Assembly: GCA_965240325.2 (NCBI GenBank)
Contig: OZ251223.1
Coordinates: 620,001 to 684,000, forward strand
Reading direction: 5' to 3'
Length of the DNA: 64,000 bases
Source of the DNA: Rebecca billardiae RCC1528
Lineage: Eukaryota > Protista > Haptophyta
The stretch's first letter is position 1, and every line of letters starts with the position of its first letter. Shown here in pieces: positions 35,554-45,943 of this stretch. Below the pieces are notes generated by a model. The model ran no database searches. It was given only the letters and a program-made list of their open reading frames with translations, and was not told the DNA's origin. The position numbers were made by a program, and so were the translations under genes.

Positions 35554-35616
35554 TGCTGAGTCCATGACGGCGCGATGCGCAAAGCGAATGCATCGTACCT
35601 GACCTCATCCTCAGCA
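35554..35616 (+). promoter_or_regulatory. Eukaryotic SECIS element (type I-like)
   Basis: Helix I TGCTGAG/CTCAGCA; core ATGAC (35564) with TGAC (35600); helix II GGCGCGATGC/GCATCGTACC; apical AAA at 35581. Confidence 0.85.
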
Positions 35617-36296
35617 CCCTGGAGAGCATACGCTGCTTGCATTCAGAAATCCATTCCGCATTCGGTTGAGTGCATAACTTGCCAGTGCAGCGCCCGCGCG
35701 GATTTCGGCGGGGCCGCCGGGCGCCGAGCAGCACAGCGTCAGTGTATAGCACGCCCTCGTAACGCCCTTGGGCTTATTACCCGTAGAGAGAGAGAGAGAC
35801 GAGAGAGAGATCTAGCGTATTTCAAATACGGGCTACGCGCCCGCGCGCCCCGGACACGTCCGCGGACCGAACAGAACGCCTGAAATAAAGTCGTCCGGGA
35901 GGCAGAATTAAATTAAAGCCCGCCAGAAACGGGATGACGAGTTACGGATTGCCAGTCAAGCTAGCAGTGTCTATACTGTCCGATTGCCAATAAGACATAA
36001 GTCGCCTTTGGCACTCTTGATGGACCGTTCACGTTGCTGCCTTCCAGCTTATTGAGCAACCGCGGCGATTAATGAGCAGTGGCGGGCGCGTGTTGGAAAT
36101 GACCCGCCATGACCGGATCACATGCTGCACTTAATCATCTTAAATCTATTATTCACTGAATTCTAAGCTGCTACAGGTAGCTAGTTAGTACTATTAGTAG
36201 TACGCGGTAGTTTAATACGATTCCGTCGTCCGAAATCAGATATTCAACGAGTGGTTCACGCTCGAAAACATGAGGCGGGTAGGCCTGAGGTTGGGT

Positions 36297-36393
36297 GAGG
36301 GTGGTGGTTGGTTGGGGGCTGGCCAGGGTAGGGCTGGAGGCTTCGGCCGCCAGTCTGATCACCCGGAGCCCGTTATAAAGGGGAATTTAAAAA
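36297..36393. repeat. ~95-bp dispersed repeat copy 2
   Basis: Near-identical to 6408-6507. Confidence 0.85.
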
Positions 36394-37785
36394 GGCCTTC
36401 TTACGAAAGTGAGTGGCGCCGACTCGATTGATGACTTGTCGCCACTGCCGATTTGCAGGCCCAGCCTTTCTCTACTTGGTAGATGCACGCCTCCCAGTTC
36501 TGCAATCGGTCCCAGAGCTCCTCGACACCGCAGCGTGGCTCGTCCCACAGGTTGTCCCAGGAGTGCTGCTTAGCAGTCTTAAAGTTGGCATGATGTCGCC
36601 TCAAGCCGTCCGCCACGTCCGCGATCGCGTTGAGCAGACCGCCCATACCCACGTCCCACCAGGCGAGTGCTAGTCCTGGCTCTGCCGGCGCCGGGCGATC
36701 AAAGATAAACGCGGACAGTAGCCGGCCGAAGTGCTCCGAGTCCGGATCGCAGCACAGGAAGAGGTTTACATGTGGTCGGCCTCCTCGCGTCGCCGCGCCT
36801 TCAAGCCCGGAAAGAGGTTCAACTCCTGGAGCAGCCGGTGTGCCACGTCCAGCAGCTTAGCGGGGTCACAGCCAAGTATCTCGGGCGGCACGCGCTCGAC
36901 CTTGGCCGCGCCATGCTGCCGCTCGGGGTGGCTCGGCGTGCGCTGCCACGGCGCCAGGTCCACTTCGAGGCCGTTGAAGTGGCCCAGCCCTTCACACGAC
37001 TCGTGCTCGCCAAAGCCCTCGGGCATCAGCGCCCAGAAGAGCGCCGCGTCCGCGGGCAGCTGGAAGAGGCACGGCGGCGCGTGTGCGCGGGCGTTTGTGA
37101 GCGTTTCGGCGCCGCTGCGGTAGCAGCACGGTCGCGCGCGCTTGGCTGACAGCGTCGGGCGGTCCATGTTACCATGGAGCGTGCTCACGCGGAGGTCGGG
37201 GTCGGGCTCGCCGCGCGCCCACGCCAGCCGGCGCGCCACGCCACTCCAGCGCGTGAGCGCCACGCTGTGCCAGTCGCGCCCCATGCGGTCGAGCCACCTC
37301 AGCACGGCCGCCGGCCCCTCGCACGCCCCGCGTAGCGGCTGCGGAAAGCCGTGCAGCGCGCTGAGCCAGCTCGGCGTCGCGTCGGGGCCCGCCCACGCGC
37401 GTGGATGTGCGTACGGCCGGAGTTCGGCCCAGTCGTGCCCGAATGTGCGCACGGCCTTCCAGTGCGCTGGCGGGACCAGCGTGACGGAGGCGCACCGTGG
37501 CCACGCTCCGTCGCGGAGGGCGGCACGCCAGCGAGAGTGCACCGCCCACGCGCGCGCGGCGTCCGTCCAGCGTGGCAGCTTCGAGAGGCACGCGGCAAGG
37601 CATTCGAGAGGGAGCGCGTCGAATGGGCACGCGCAGCGCACGAGACACTCCGGCCGGACGAGGAGGCCCGCGCCCGCCGACGCGGCGCCACCGCCCGCCA
37701 CTTGCACGGCGTAGCGCTCTTGCGGCGCGCGCCACTCGAGCACGGCCACCTCAGCACCGTTGAGCTCGGGTTTGCTTTGTAGACT

Positions 37786-40700
37786 CAAAGGAATCAAGGG
37801 GGGTAGGACGGAAACGAGCCTCCCGGACTCCTCCCCCAGCTGGGGGGCCGTGTTTCGATCCGGTGCTGAGGTTGGAGCGCCCGGCGTCCCGAAGAGGGCC
37901 GCCCGGCACCCCGCGCCAGCAGCGACCGCCGCCGCCCGCGGGCGCGCCACTGGACGCGCGAGCTCGAGCCGGCCGCCGCGGCGATGCGGATGCGGAGGGA
38001 ACCCCTTGGCAAACGTCCATGCGAGGCGCCGCCAGCCGCCGACTCCTCCGGGTGCGCAGCCGCCCACGCGCTTTCGCGCGAGCGCGCTCGCGCGCGCCCG
38101 CACGCGCGGCCGGCGCGCGGCGCGCGGTGCGCGCCGCGCGCGGCCGCGGGCGGGCGCGCACCACACCGGGGCACTACCATTCTCCGCCCCCGTCGCCTCC
38201 GATCAACGAAATTGACCCCCACACGCCCGCGCGAACGGGCCTCCCAACACGCTTGTCGTGGCTGAACTCACACTCTCACTGTCGTGCAGGCCTGCGGTTC
38301 ATGCTGACTGGTGGTACGATGTTGGCCATGTGGCGGATGACGTGGCACGCGCCCGGACCAGTCTCGGCATGCCCAGACTCGTCGAGAAGCTCAAGGGTGC
38401 GAACAACGTGTACGACAAGAAGCGGAAAAGCGGAAGGGGAACAACGCCGGGGCGCCGGATGCTCTTTTGAGCGGCACGGAGCGACGGTTGCAGCTTCGCT
38501 CCGAGCACGACCCTCGGAAGCGCGCTGCCGACGCCGGGCAGCCGAAATTCGGCGCGCCTGTCATGCAGCCGCTGCAGCCGCCGCCGCGCGGCGCGCGGGC
38601 CGCGCGGCCCCGCGGCCGCGCCGCGCCGTCGGCGGTCCGCGTCGGAGTCACACAGCTCCACCTGCTGCCGCCCCCGGGGCGCTTTGATTAATATTACGTA
38701 GCATGTGTGTGTGTTAATGAATTAAGTATTATTGACGCCAGCTCACTACGCGAGGACCGTCGCCATTATCACTACTGAGACTGCTCCTCGTCAGAGCCGT
38801 CATCCACGACATCATCGTCAGCCGAATCTGCCGCTGCCCCCGCGGGCGCGCCGCCGGGGGTGGCTGCAGCCTCCTCCAACGGCTCGGGCATCAGGCTGGC
38901 CCTGGCGTCCGCGTCCAGGGCCGTGAGGGCAGCTTCCACGTGCTCTTCGTCCGTGCTCGGCTGGTACAGGTACCCGCCGTCGGTCACCTCCATGCAGGTC
39001 AAGATCTCGTCGAGGAGCACATCGTCGGCCAGCGGAACGGCCGCCGGCGCGGCCGCTGCGGCTCGCGCACTCGTCGAGCCCGAGGTGCCGGCGGCCGGCG
39101 CGGAGGCGATCACGACCAAGTCGGCGTTGAGGGGCATGGCGGGCACAGGCGCAGCTGCGTCGCGCTGCGTCTGGCCGCCGCGCGGGCCGACGACGTGCGC
39201 CGACGCCAGATGCCCGCGGAGATTGCTCGACCGCTTGCTCGCAGCCGAGGTGAAGGCATGGAACTGAGAGAGGAGTGTCTTGGTGAAATCGCGCGATCGC
39301 ACCTTGGCGTACTGGTGCAGCACAAAGCTGTAGAGCTCGTCGGGCGTCTGCGGCTGGGAGAAGCAGTCGGACTCGATCACGTCCTTCGGGAATGTCGCGG
39401 CGAACAGTTCCTTCGTGGGCTCGTCCTTGAGGAGCAGCTCGACGATGACGTCGAGCGCGCGGTCGCGGAAGTAGAGCACGTGCTTCTGCGTCAGCAGCTC
39501 GCAGAAGGTGCGCTCGATATGCCAGATGAGCGCAAAGAACTTGGCGGACGCGAGTCGTAGCATGCCGTAGCGCCGAGTTTCCACAACGTGAGTCGGCAGG
39601 CGGCGCAGCTCCTCGGCGTCCCGGTCGTACTCGAGCTGGTTGTGCTCGAGCCACCGAGGCCAGAACCACCGCTCGTCCCCGGTGAACGAGCCCCGGGGCA
39701 AGCGAGCGTGCATGCTCCGGAGCAGCCAGCCGGCCAGGTAGTACACGAGCCCGGCGCGCGAGTCCTCCGCGAGCGGTGGAGTCTGCGCGGGGACCTTCAG
39801 CTCGGGTCGAGAGGCCCGCGCGAGCCGATCGCAGATCTCGTCGTAGAGCTCGGTGTCGATCTGGTTGAACACGGCGCGCGCAAAGCCCGCGCGCTCGTCT
39901 CTGAACAGCGCCTCGACGTCCTTGAGCTGCGTCCACTGCTCGCAGAACTCAACCCGCGTCTCGCGCCGCTGCTGATCAAACCGCTGACGCGCCGACGGGA
40001 GCGCAGTGTACGCAGTGATGCGGTTGTCGACGACCAGGCCCAGGATCGTCGCAACGCGCTTCGACAGGAACTCCTGCACGGAGTCATTCGCAAGGAGAGC
40101 AGCCTGCCACCGCGCCGGCGCCATGAAGCGTTCGACAGTCTTGTTCCGTGCGGCGCGTTCGATGGCGGCACGGGGGAGAGTCGCCGCGCCGGCCCGAGTG
40201 GCGAGCTCCTGCGCGTGTTGCTCGCGTTCTGGGTACGTGATCTTACCCCCGCCGCCCCCCGGGCCCTTCCACCGCCTGAACTGGTTCGTGAGCTGCGTCC
40301 GGTTCAAGTTGAAAGCCAAGGCGACTGCGAGCAGCTCGGCGTCGCTCTCCGTCCTCGGCATGTCGCCGCGCCACGTGCGGTTTTTCTGCTCGAAGAGCTG
40401 GAACAGGAGCTGCGAGACGTCGCGGGTGACGCGCGTCGACGGAGCAGTCGCCATGGCCATCGTCAGGACGCGTGCTGTGACCCGTGTGCGCGCCTGCGCG
40501 GGCTCGCCGCTGCAGGACACATGCATTTGGGAGGCCCGTTCGCGCGGGCGTGTGGGGGTCAATTTCGTTGATCGGAGGCGACGGGGGCGGAGAATGGTAG
40601 TGCCCCGGTGTGGTGCGCGCCCGCCCGCGGCCGCCCGCCACGCGCACCGGCCGCGCGCACCGGCCGCGCGCGCGGGTGCGCGCGAGCGCGCTCGCGCGAA

Positions 40701-40986
40701 AGCGCGTGGGCGGCTGCGCACCCGGAGGAGTCGGCGGCTGGCGGCGCCTCGCGTGGACGTTTGCCAGTGGGTTCGCTCCGCATCCGCATCGCCGCGGCGG
40801 CCAGCTCGCGCTCGTGCGCCCAGCAGCCCGCCCGCGGGCGGCGGGGGTCGGTTGGGGAGGGGCGCTGGGTGTGCGCCTTCGAGACGCCGGGCGCTTCCAA
40901 CCTCAGCACCGGATCGAAACACGGCCCCCCAGCTGGGGGAGGAGTCCGGGAGGCTCGTTTCCGTCCTACCCCCCTTGATTCCTTTG
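37786..40986. mobile_element. Long-TIR DNA transposon, P/Galileo-like, probably non-autonomous
   Basis: TIRs ~37786-38247 and 40527-40986; termini CAAAGG...CCTTTG; TSD GTAGACT at 37779-37785 and 40987-40993. Confidence 0.92.
38772..40460 (-). CDS. Element-encoded 562-aa protein with P-transposase C-terminal-like motifs
   Basis: Intact ORF starting just inside the right TIR; VYYLAGWLLR and GMLRLAS..FF.LI..IE..F; no recognisable THAP or DDE core. Confidence 0.65.
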   Translation of the reverse strand: MAMATAPSTRVTRDVSQLLFQLFEQKNRTWRGDMPRTESDAELLAVALAFNLNRTQLTNQFRRWKGPGGGGGKITYPEREQHAQELATRAGAATLPRAAIERAARNKTVERFMAPARWQAALLANDSVQEFLSKRVATILGLVVDNRITAYTALPSARQRFDQQRRETRVEFCEQWTQLKDVEALFRDERAGFARAVFNQIDTELYDEICDRLARASRPELKVPAQTPPLAEDSRAGLVYYLAGWLLRSMHARLPRGSFTGDERWFWPRWLEHNQLEYDRDAEELRRLPTHVVETRRYGMLRLASAKFFALIWHIERTFCELLTQKHVLYFRDRALDVIVELLLKDEPTKELFAATFPKDVIESDCFSQPQTPDELYSFVLHQYAKVRSRDFTKTLLSQFHAFTSAASKRSSNLRGHLASAHVVGPRGGQTQRDAAAPVPAMPLNADLVVIASAPAAGTSGSTSARAAAAAPAAVPLADDVLLDEILTCMEVTDGGYLYQPSTDEEHVEAALTALDADARASLMPEPLEEAAATPGGAPAGAAADSADDDVVDDGSDEEQSQ

Positions 40987-41112
40987 GTAGACTAGTGATC
41001 GATGCGCGGCAACCCAGTGGCAATGTTGTTGATAAGGGGTTTAGCCCCACCGCCCCGGCCGGGCCGAGGCCTCCCGCGGTAGTCAAGTTCGAATCGCGAG
41101 CAGCAGGTCGCC

Positions 41113-42735
41113 ATGGCGGCCGCCGCCGCCGACCACGGCGACCTGCCTTGCGTCGTTTGCCAGGAGTCGCTCTGGGATGCTGGCGAGGACGGCATGCACG
41201 TGGTGTGCTCGCTTCGATGCGGCCACATCTTCGGCCGCCCGTGCATCGAGACCTGGATCAGATGCCACGGGCGAAAGACGGCATCCACGTGCCCGCTGTG
41301 CAGCGCTCCGTGCGCGCTGCGCGATGTCTGGCCCATGCACGTGCGCGGACCGCTGGCCACGATCGACGCCGACGAGCATGAATCAACGGCGGACGCGCTC
41401 GATGCCGCGCGCGCCAAGCGGCAGGCGCTCGAGCGCGACGTCGGGCGCGCCACGCTCGCGCTTGCGCGCACGAGGCAGGAGCTGCGCATGCTGCGGGGCG
41501 CAGCGCAGCCGGCAGATGCCACGGCGCCTAGGGCCCATGTGGAGCAGCCTCGGCACAACGTGCTCGCCCCGCACTCAAGCACTGCGCAGCCAGGCGAGGC
41601 TGCTGCATTCGTCGCGAGTGTGCCCATCCGCGGCGCGCGCGTCCTTGCCTTTGGGCCGGCCACAAGCACGAGTGTGTACGTGAGCACGCAGCAGCCGGGG
41701 AGTGCGTGCGGGTACACGCTGGTCAGCCTGTACGACGTGCGCCACCGGATGGATGTGACGCCGCACACGAAGCCCGTGCGCGGCCTCGCCCCGTGCCCGG
41801 CCGACAGCGCCTCGCCCGCGCTCGTGATGACGTGCGCGTTCGACGGTGACGTGGCCATCACCTCGGCGCAGAGCCGCAACGTGCTGCACCGGCTGCGCGC
41901 GGGCGCGCCGTGCTGGGCGTGCGAGTGGGACGCGGAGTCGGCGCACCGGCTGCATGTGGCCATTGGCGCAGGAGCCACGGTGCTCACGTACGACCTGCGG
42001 CAGCCTGCCCGCCCGCTCGCCACCAACGGACGGCCATGGCACGAGCACAGCGCATGCGCCGCCACCACGCCGGCCGATGAGCCCGGTTCACGGCCGGGCG
42101 GGCCGCCCTTCCACTCGCTCGTCGCGTGCCGACTACGGCTGGCGCAGCCCGGCCACGAGCAGGTGGACGGGACTGGCGCGGAGATGGCCGCCTCGCCCGT
42201 GGCCGGCCTCCTGTGCGCCTCGCCCCAGGTCGTGCTCTTCTGGCCATTCGCTCGGGACGGCCTGCTCGCGCCTCCAGGCGCGCGCACTGTGCTCTCGCTC
42301 GGCGGTGCGCAGTGCACATCCGTCTCGTTCGAGGCTGGCCTCGGGATGGGCGTGGCGTCCTTCCGGTCGCGCGTCCCCGCCGCGACCGCCAGCGCGAGTG
42401 CAGAACAGGGCGCCGTGCACTGCACCTTTGCCGACGACGGCCAGCCGCTCGCGTGCATGGGCGGGCACACGGCGCCAATGGCCCTTTCGCGCAGCCGGCT
42501 TGTGGTGGACGCGTCGCGCACGACGTACGTGGCTGCTGGTGACGACACCTCGCGCAGTCCGTGGCTCTGGCAGCTGCCCGATGGCGAGATTGCGTGCCGC
42601 CTGCGGCCACACGCGCACGCCATCGTGGACGTTTGCCAACGGGCCGGCAGCGAGCTCGTCGGCGTGCTGAGCGAGCAGTCGCTCGATCTGCACCGCTTGG
42701 TCGGTCGGTCGCAGCTCAGTGACAATTATCAGTAA
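41113..42735 (+). CDS. RFWD3: RING + coiled-coil + WD40 E3 ubiquitin ligase (RFWD3-like)
   Basis: CVVC..HVVCSLRCGHIFGRPCIETW..CPLC, coiled coil, then WD-like WACEWD and YDLR. Confidence 0.75.
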   Translation: MAAAAADHGDLPCVVCQESLWDAGEDGMHVVCSLRCGHIFGRPCIETWIRCHGRKTASTCPLCSAPCALRDVWPMHVRGPLATIDADEHESTADALDAARAKRQALERDVGRATLALARTRQELRMLRGAAQPADATAPRAHVEQPRHNVLAPHSSTAQPGEAAAFVASVPIRGARVLAFGPATSTSVYVSTQQPGSACGYTLVSLYDVRHRMDVTPHTKPVRGLAPCPADSASPALVMTCAFDGDVAITSAQSRNVLHRLRAGAPCWACEWDAESAHRLHVAIGAGATVLTYDLRQPARPLATNGRPWHEHSACAATTPADEPGSRPGGPPFHSLVACRLRLAQPGHEQVDGTGAEMAASPVAGLLCASPQVVLFWPFARDGLLAPPGARTVLSLGGAQCTSVSFEAGLGMGVASFRSRVPAATASASAEQGAVHCTFADDGQPLACMGGHTAPMALSRSRLVVDASRTTYVAAGDDTSRSPWLWQLPDGEIACRLRPHAHAIVDVCQRAGSELVGVLSEQSLDLHRLVGRSQLSDNYQ

Positions 42736-42983
42736 TCATATACCTAGGCGCAGCTTTATACGACTGCGGGACAGCGGCGGGTGTCGGGCGGTGATGAGCG
42801 GTTCGTCATCACGCGGGCTGACTCACTGACACTCATTTCAATCGTCAGCCCCTGACTGACACATTCGGCGATTGAATTTGAATAATTTGATATTTGAATT
42901 TGATTGGCAGCGGACACTGGACAGTCATCGCGGATTTTGGAGGCCCTGACAGTGGACGACGAGTGCCAGACTGAGACAGCAGC

Positions 42984-43051
42984 CGACGGAGGGTGCACCG
43001 CGGGCCCCTAACTACGTCGTTGGTTCTACGGAAGGACCGCGGAACGCGGTC
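42984..43051 (+). repeat. Solo 3' end of the Helentron-like family
   Basis: TGCACCGCGGGCC subTIR + TTCTACGGAAG + GACCGCG-GAA-CGCGGTC. Confidence 0.75.
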
Positions 43052-43138
43052 GTCATATTATGATGACGGCTCACAATAATTGGCGCTGTGAGTCACTCAG
43101 TCAGGCCAGCGCTCAGTCTGAGTCAGGCTCAGCCGGGC

Positions 43139-44287
43139 TCAGCCGCTCAGGTCGTCCAATACTGCGAGAAACCCTGAGCACGTGTGAGGACCAATGTGCG
43201 TCCCAGTGACGATGAGCAGCGCTTCCACACGAGGAAGAAGCATCGCCGCAAGCAGGCCCCTGGCAGCGACGACTCTTGTGGCGTATGCCATCCTCTGAAG
43301 GGGTAGCGTCGTGTACTCGCATCCGTTAATGGCAAATGAGGTTCCAAATGTCAATGAAGGATCTCGAAAGAAGTTCTCAATGAACGTGATGAGCTGCTCG
43401 CACTCCAGTACCGAGGGCTTCAGAGCATCGGTGGGATAGCTTACCCAGCTCTCCGCTTCCGTGACGACAATATCACGCTTGCGTTGTGCAAACAGGCACC
43501 GCTCGAGTGCAGCATGAACACTTCCGTCCGCAAGCGTGGCGTTCTTCCGCGCGGCGTCCTTCGCCAGCTCCAGTTGGCTCGCAATGTGCGCGGCACGCCC
43601 ACACACGAAAGCGTTCTCTGCCCCGCTCCTCTCCACGATGTGCATCAGCCAAGGTGTCCATTCTGCTTTCAGCGCCTCAAACCTCTGCTGCTCGCTTGCT
43701 TCACCGACGACCCTTGCCACGCGACAGCAACGATGATCCACGCATGTCAAAGTCGCAAGTGCCTTCGCGTCAAGGAGCATGTGAGAGAAGATGATGTGCA
43801 GTGCGTCGTCGTCCAGATTGCCAAAGCATCCCTGAACATCACTCGCCCCGTCGTACCGATCATCGGCCGCCATGGTGCCACTGTTTGGCATGCCTGGAGC
43901 ATCCAGGAACACAACCGAGATATCATCGGCGTCCTCCTCTGCGTCCTCGGCAACCAGCATAGGCTCGGCAGCGTCGAAGAACATGTGCTCGCCACCATCT
44001 TGCGCATCGCCCTCAGCGCGCGCCATGCTCGCCTCCTTGCCGGCCGCGTGTTCGTCATGCGAGCCGCCGGGCGGAGCAACGGGATCATCATGATGCTCGT
44101 CCGCATCCATGTAGCCGGACACGTACATGTTCTCCGCCTCGGGCTCCCCGGAACGATCGAGCACGTCGGACTCGTCGTCGTCAACCCCGTCGCCGGCAGC
44201 CGACGACGGACTCAGCGCGCCCGCCGCCGCGTGACCGCCGCCACCCAGCCATTGCCTGACACGTCCGAACAAGGTCAGCGCTGTCAT
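43139..44287 (-). CDS. Acidic N-terminus, F-box-like protein
   Basis: FGNLDDDALHIIFSHMLLDAKALATLTCVDHRC; ATG at 44287. Confidence 0.55.
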   Translation of the reverse strand: MTALTLFGRVRQWLGGGGHAAAGALSPSSAAGDGVDDDESDVLDRSGEPEAENMYVSGYMDADEHHDDPVAPPGGSHDEHAAGKEASMARAEGDAQDGGEHMFFDAAEPMLVAEDAEEDADDISVVFLDAPGMPNSGTMAADDRYDGASDVQGCFGNLDDDALHIIFSHMLLDAKALATLTCVDHRCCRVARVVGEASEQQRFEALKAEWTPWLMHIVERSGAENAFVCGRAAHIASQLELAKDAARKNATLADGSVHAALERCLFAQRKRDIVVTEAESWVSYPTDALKPSVLECEQLITFIENFFRDPSLTFGTSFAINGCEYTTLPLQRMAYATRVVAARGLLAAMLLPRVEALLIVTGTHIGPHTCSGFLAVLDDLSG

Positions 44288-44446
44288 CGTTCCCGCCCTG
44301 GTTCGGGAGAAGTCCGGCGTTTGTCGCTGCGTCCGTTTCGCTGCTGGAGCGGTCGTTCCTCCGCCCGCGGCGTATGGTACTTCGACGAAACGATGGAGTA
44401 GCGGTGCGGCACTGTCGCCTTCACAAGGACCCTGAGTATGGGGGCC

Positions 44447-45943
44447 ATGACGGACGGCCTCGCGGCCTCGCTGGTGGGCAAGCTCCGAGGCGAAGCCCTC
44501 GTCAAACTCGTCGCCCGTGTCGACGCCGACAGCCTCTTCCCGTTGGCTCTGACCTGCCGGGCGCTGCACGATGCTGCGCGCGCGTCGATTGCCACACCGA
44601 CGCTGGGCGAGGCGCGCTTCAGGACGTCGGTCGTGCCGTTTCTGCGCTCTACAGCGTGTTTGCAGTGGGCACGCGATGCCGGCTGCACCCTGGCCGACGC
44701 GAGCTTGTGCGCGCTCATCGCGCGATCTGGAGAGCTGCCCTCTCTGCAGTGGGCCGTGGCCAACGGCCACAAGTGCTCCTTGGCCGTCTGGGTCAACGCC
44801 GCCGAGCGTGGCCATGTCCACCTGCTCCAGTACGCGCGGAAGCACGGGTGGACATTCGACGAGAAGGTGTGCGCGGCCGCCGCGGCGAGTGGCCAGGTCG
44901 CAGCCGTGAAGTACCTTCTCGAGGTCGGCACGCCGTGGAACGCGGCCACGTGCGCGGCTGCGGCCAAGGCCGGAAATCTGGGCATCCTGCAGTACTGCCG
45001 CTCAGAGGGCTGCCCGTGGGATGCGGCGACGTGCACGAATGCTGCGGCGTCGGGTCATCTGGAGGTCCTCAAATGTACGCGCACCGCTGCACGGGCTGCC
45101 TGTCGACCGACCCCTTTGTGGCGCGCGGTGCGGCTCGGCAGTCGCGGGCTCACTCCGCGCCTCGCCATGCGCCCATGCCGTGCAGGGGCGCGCGCACACG
45201 GCTGCCAGTGGTCGGAGTGGACGTGCGCGTACGCCGCGCTCAACAACCACCTCGACATTCTCAAGTGGGCGCGGGCGCAGGGCTGCCGCTGGGATGAGCT
45301 CACGTGCTCGCATGCCGCCAGCAAGGGCAACCTGGAGCTGCTCAAGTGGGCGCACGCGCAGGGCTGCCCATGGGGTCCGTATACGTGCGGCATGGCCGCG
45401 GCCGGCGGGCACATGGAGACTCTGCGCTGGGCGCACGAGCAGGGCTGTCCGTGGGGGGCCTACACATGCGCCATGGCGGCCGGCGCAGGTCACCTCGACA
45501 TCCTGAAGTACTGCCTTGATCAGGGCTGCCCCATCAACGGCGAGGCGTCGGCAAACGCGGCCGCCGCGGGCCATCTCGAGGTGCTGGAGTATCTGCTTGA
45601 TCGCGGCCAGGATCTCGACAAGCGGGTCTGCGCAAGCGCCGCACGGCATGGCCACCTGCCTTGCCTCCAATTCGGGCGGCGGCACCTGGCGACAGGTTGG
45701 GATGCGTCCGTGTGCGCGGCGGCTGCGGCTGGAGGGCACCTCACCTGCCTCAAATATGCGCGCGCGGAGGGCTGTCCCTGGGACGAGTCGACCTGCTCCG
45801 CGGCGTCGAGGAATGGACAAACACATGTGCTCAAGTGGGCGATGGAACATGGCTGCCCCGAGCCGAAATCCTCGCCGTCCAGGCGAGGCAGCAGAGTTTC
45901 CGCGATTGCTGAAAGCGTCAATGCTCTGGGTGCTACGATTTGA
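44447..45943 (+). CDS. Ankyrin-repeat protein (GHLEVLKWA..GCPWD class); in-frame intron 45075-45185
   Basis: About 13 repeats of C..AA..GHL..L.W....GCPW; splicing restores LKWARAHGC; alternative ATG at 44438. Confidence 0.88.
   Translation: MTDGLAASLVGKLRGEALVKLVARVDADSLFPLALTCRALHDAARASIATPTLGEARFRTSVVPFLRSTACLQWARDAGCTLADASLCALIARSGELPSLQWAVANGHKCSLAVWVNAAERGHVHLLQYARKHGWTFDEKVCAAAAASGQVAAVKYLLEVGTPWNAATCAAAAKAGNLGILQYCRSEGCPWDAATCTNAAASGHLEVLKCTRTAARAACRPTPLWRAVRLGSRGLTPRLAMRPCRAGARAHGCQWSEWTCAYAALNNHLDILKWARAQGCRWDELTCSHAASKGNLELLKWAHAQGCPWGPYTCGMAAAGGHMETLRWAHEQGCPWGAYTCAMAAGAGHLDILKYCLDQGCPINGEASANAAAAGHLEVLEYLLDRGQDLDKRVCASAARHGHLPCLQFGRRHLATGWDASVCAAAAAGGHLTCLKYARAEGCPWDESTCSAASRNGQTHVLKWAMEHGCPEPKSSPSRRGSRVSAIAESVNALGATI

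Larger units (their letters stand above)
36401..41086 (-). pseudogene. F-box-like gene split by the transposon and frameshifted near 36766
   Basis: Removing the element plus one TSD restores LPLGCRASITSLQSKPELNG in frame; F-box-like PFDALPLECLAACLSKL; coding-like frame resumes (LFLCCDPDSEHFG) after the stop. Confidence 0.7.

Noticed and set aside
10627-42735. Fanconi-pathway gene cluster (FANCM-like and RFWD3-like)
   Set aside because: 25 kb apart with many unrelated genes between them; likely chance
44447-45943. Giant-virus insertion suggested by the GCPWD-type ankyrin repeats
   Set aside because: The gene has a spliceosomal intron and host-like GC, and no viral hallmark genes are nearby
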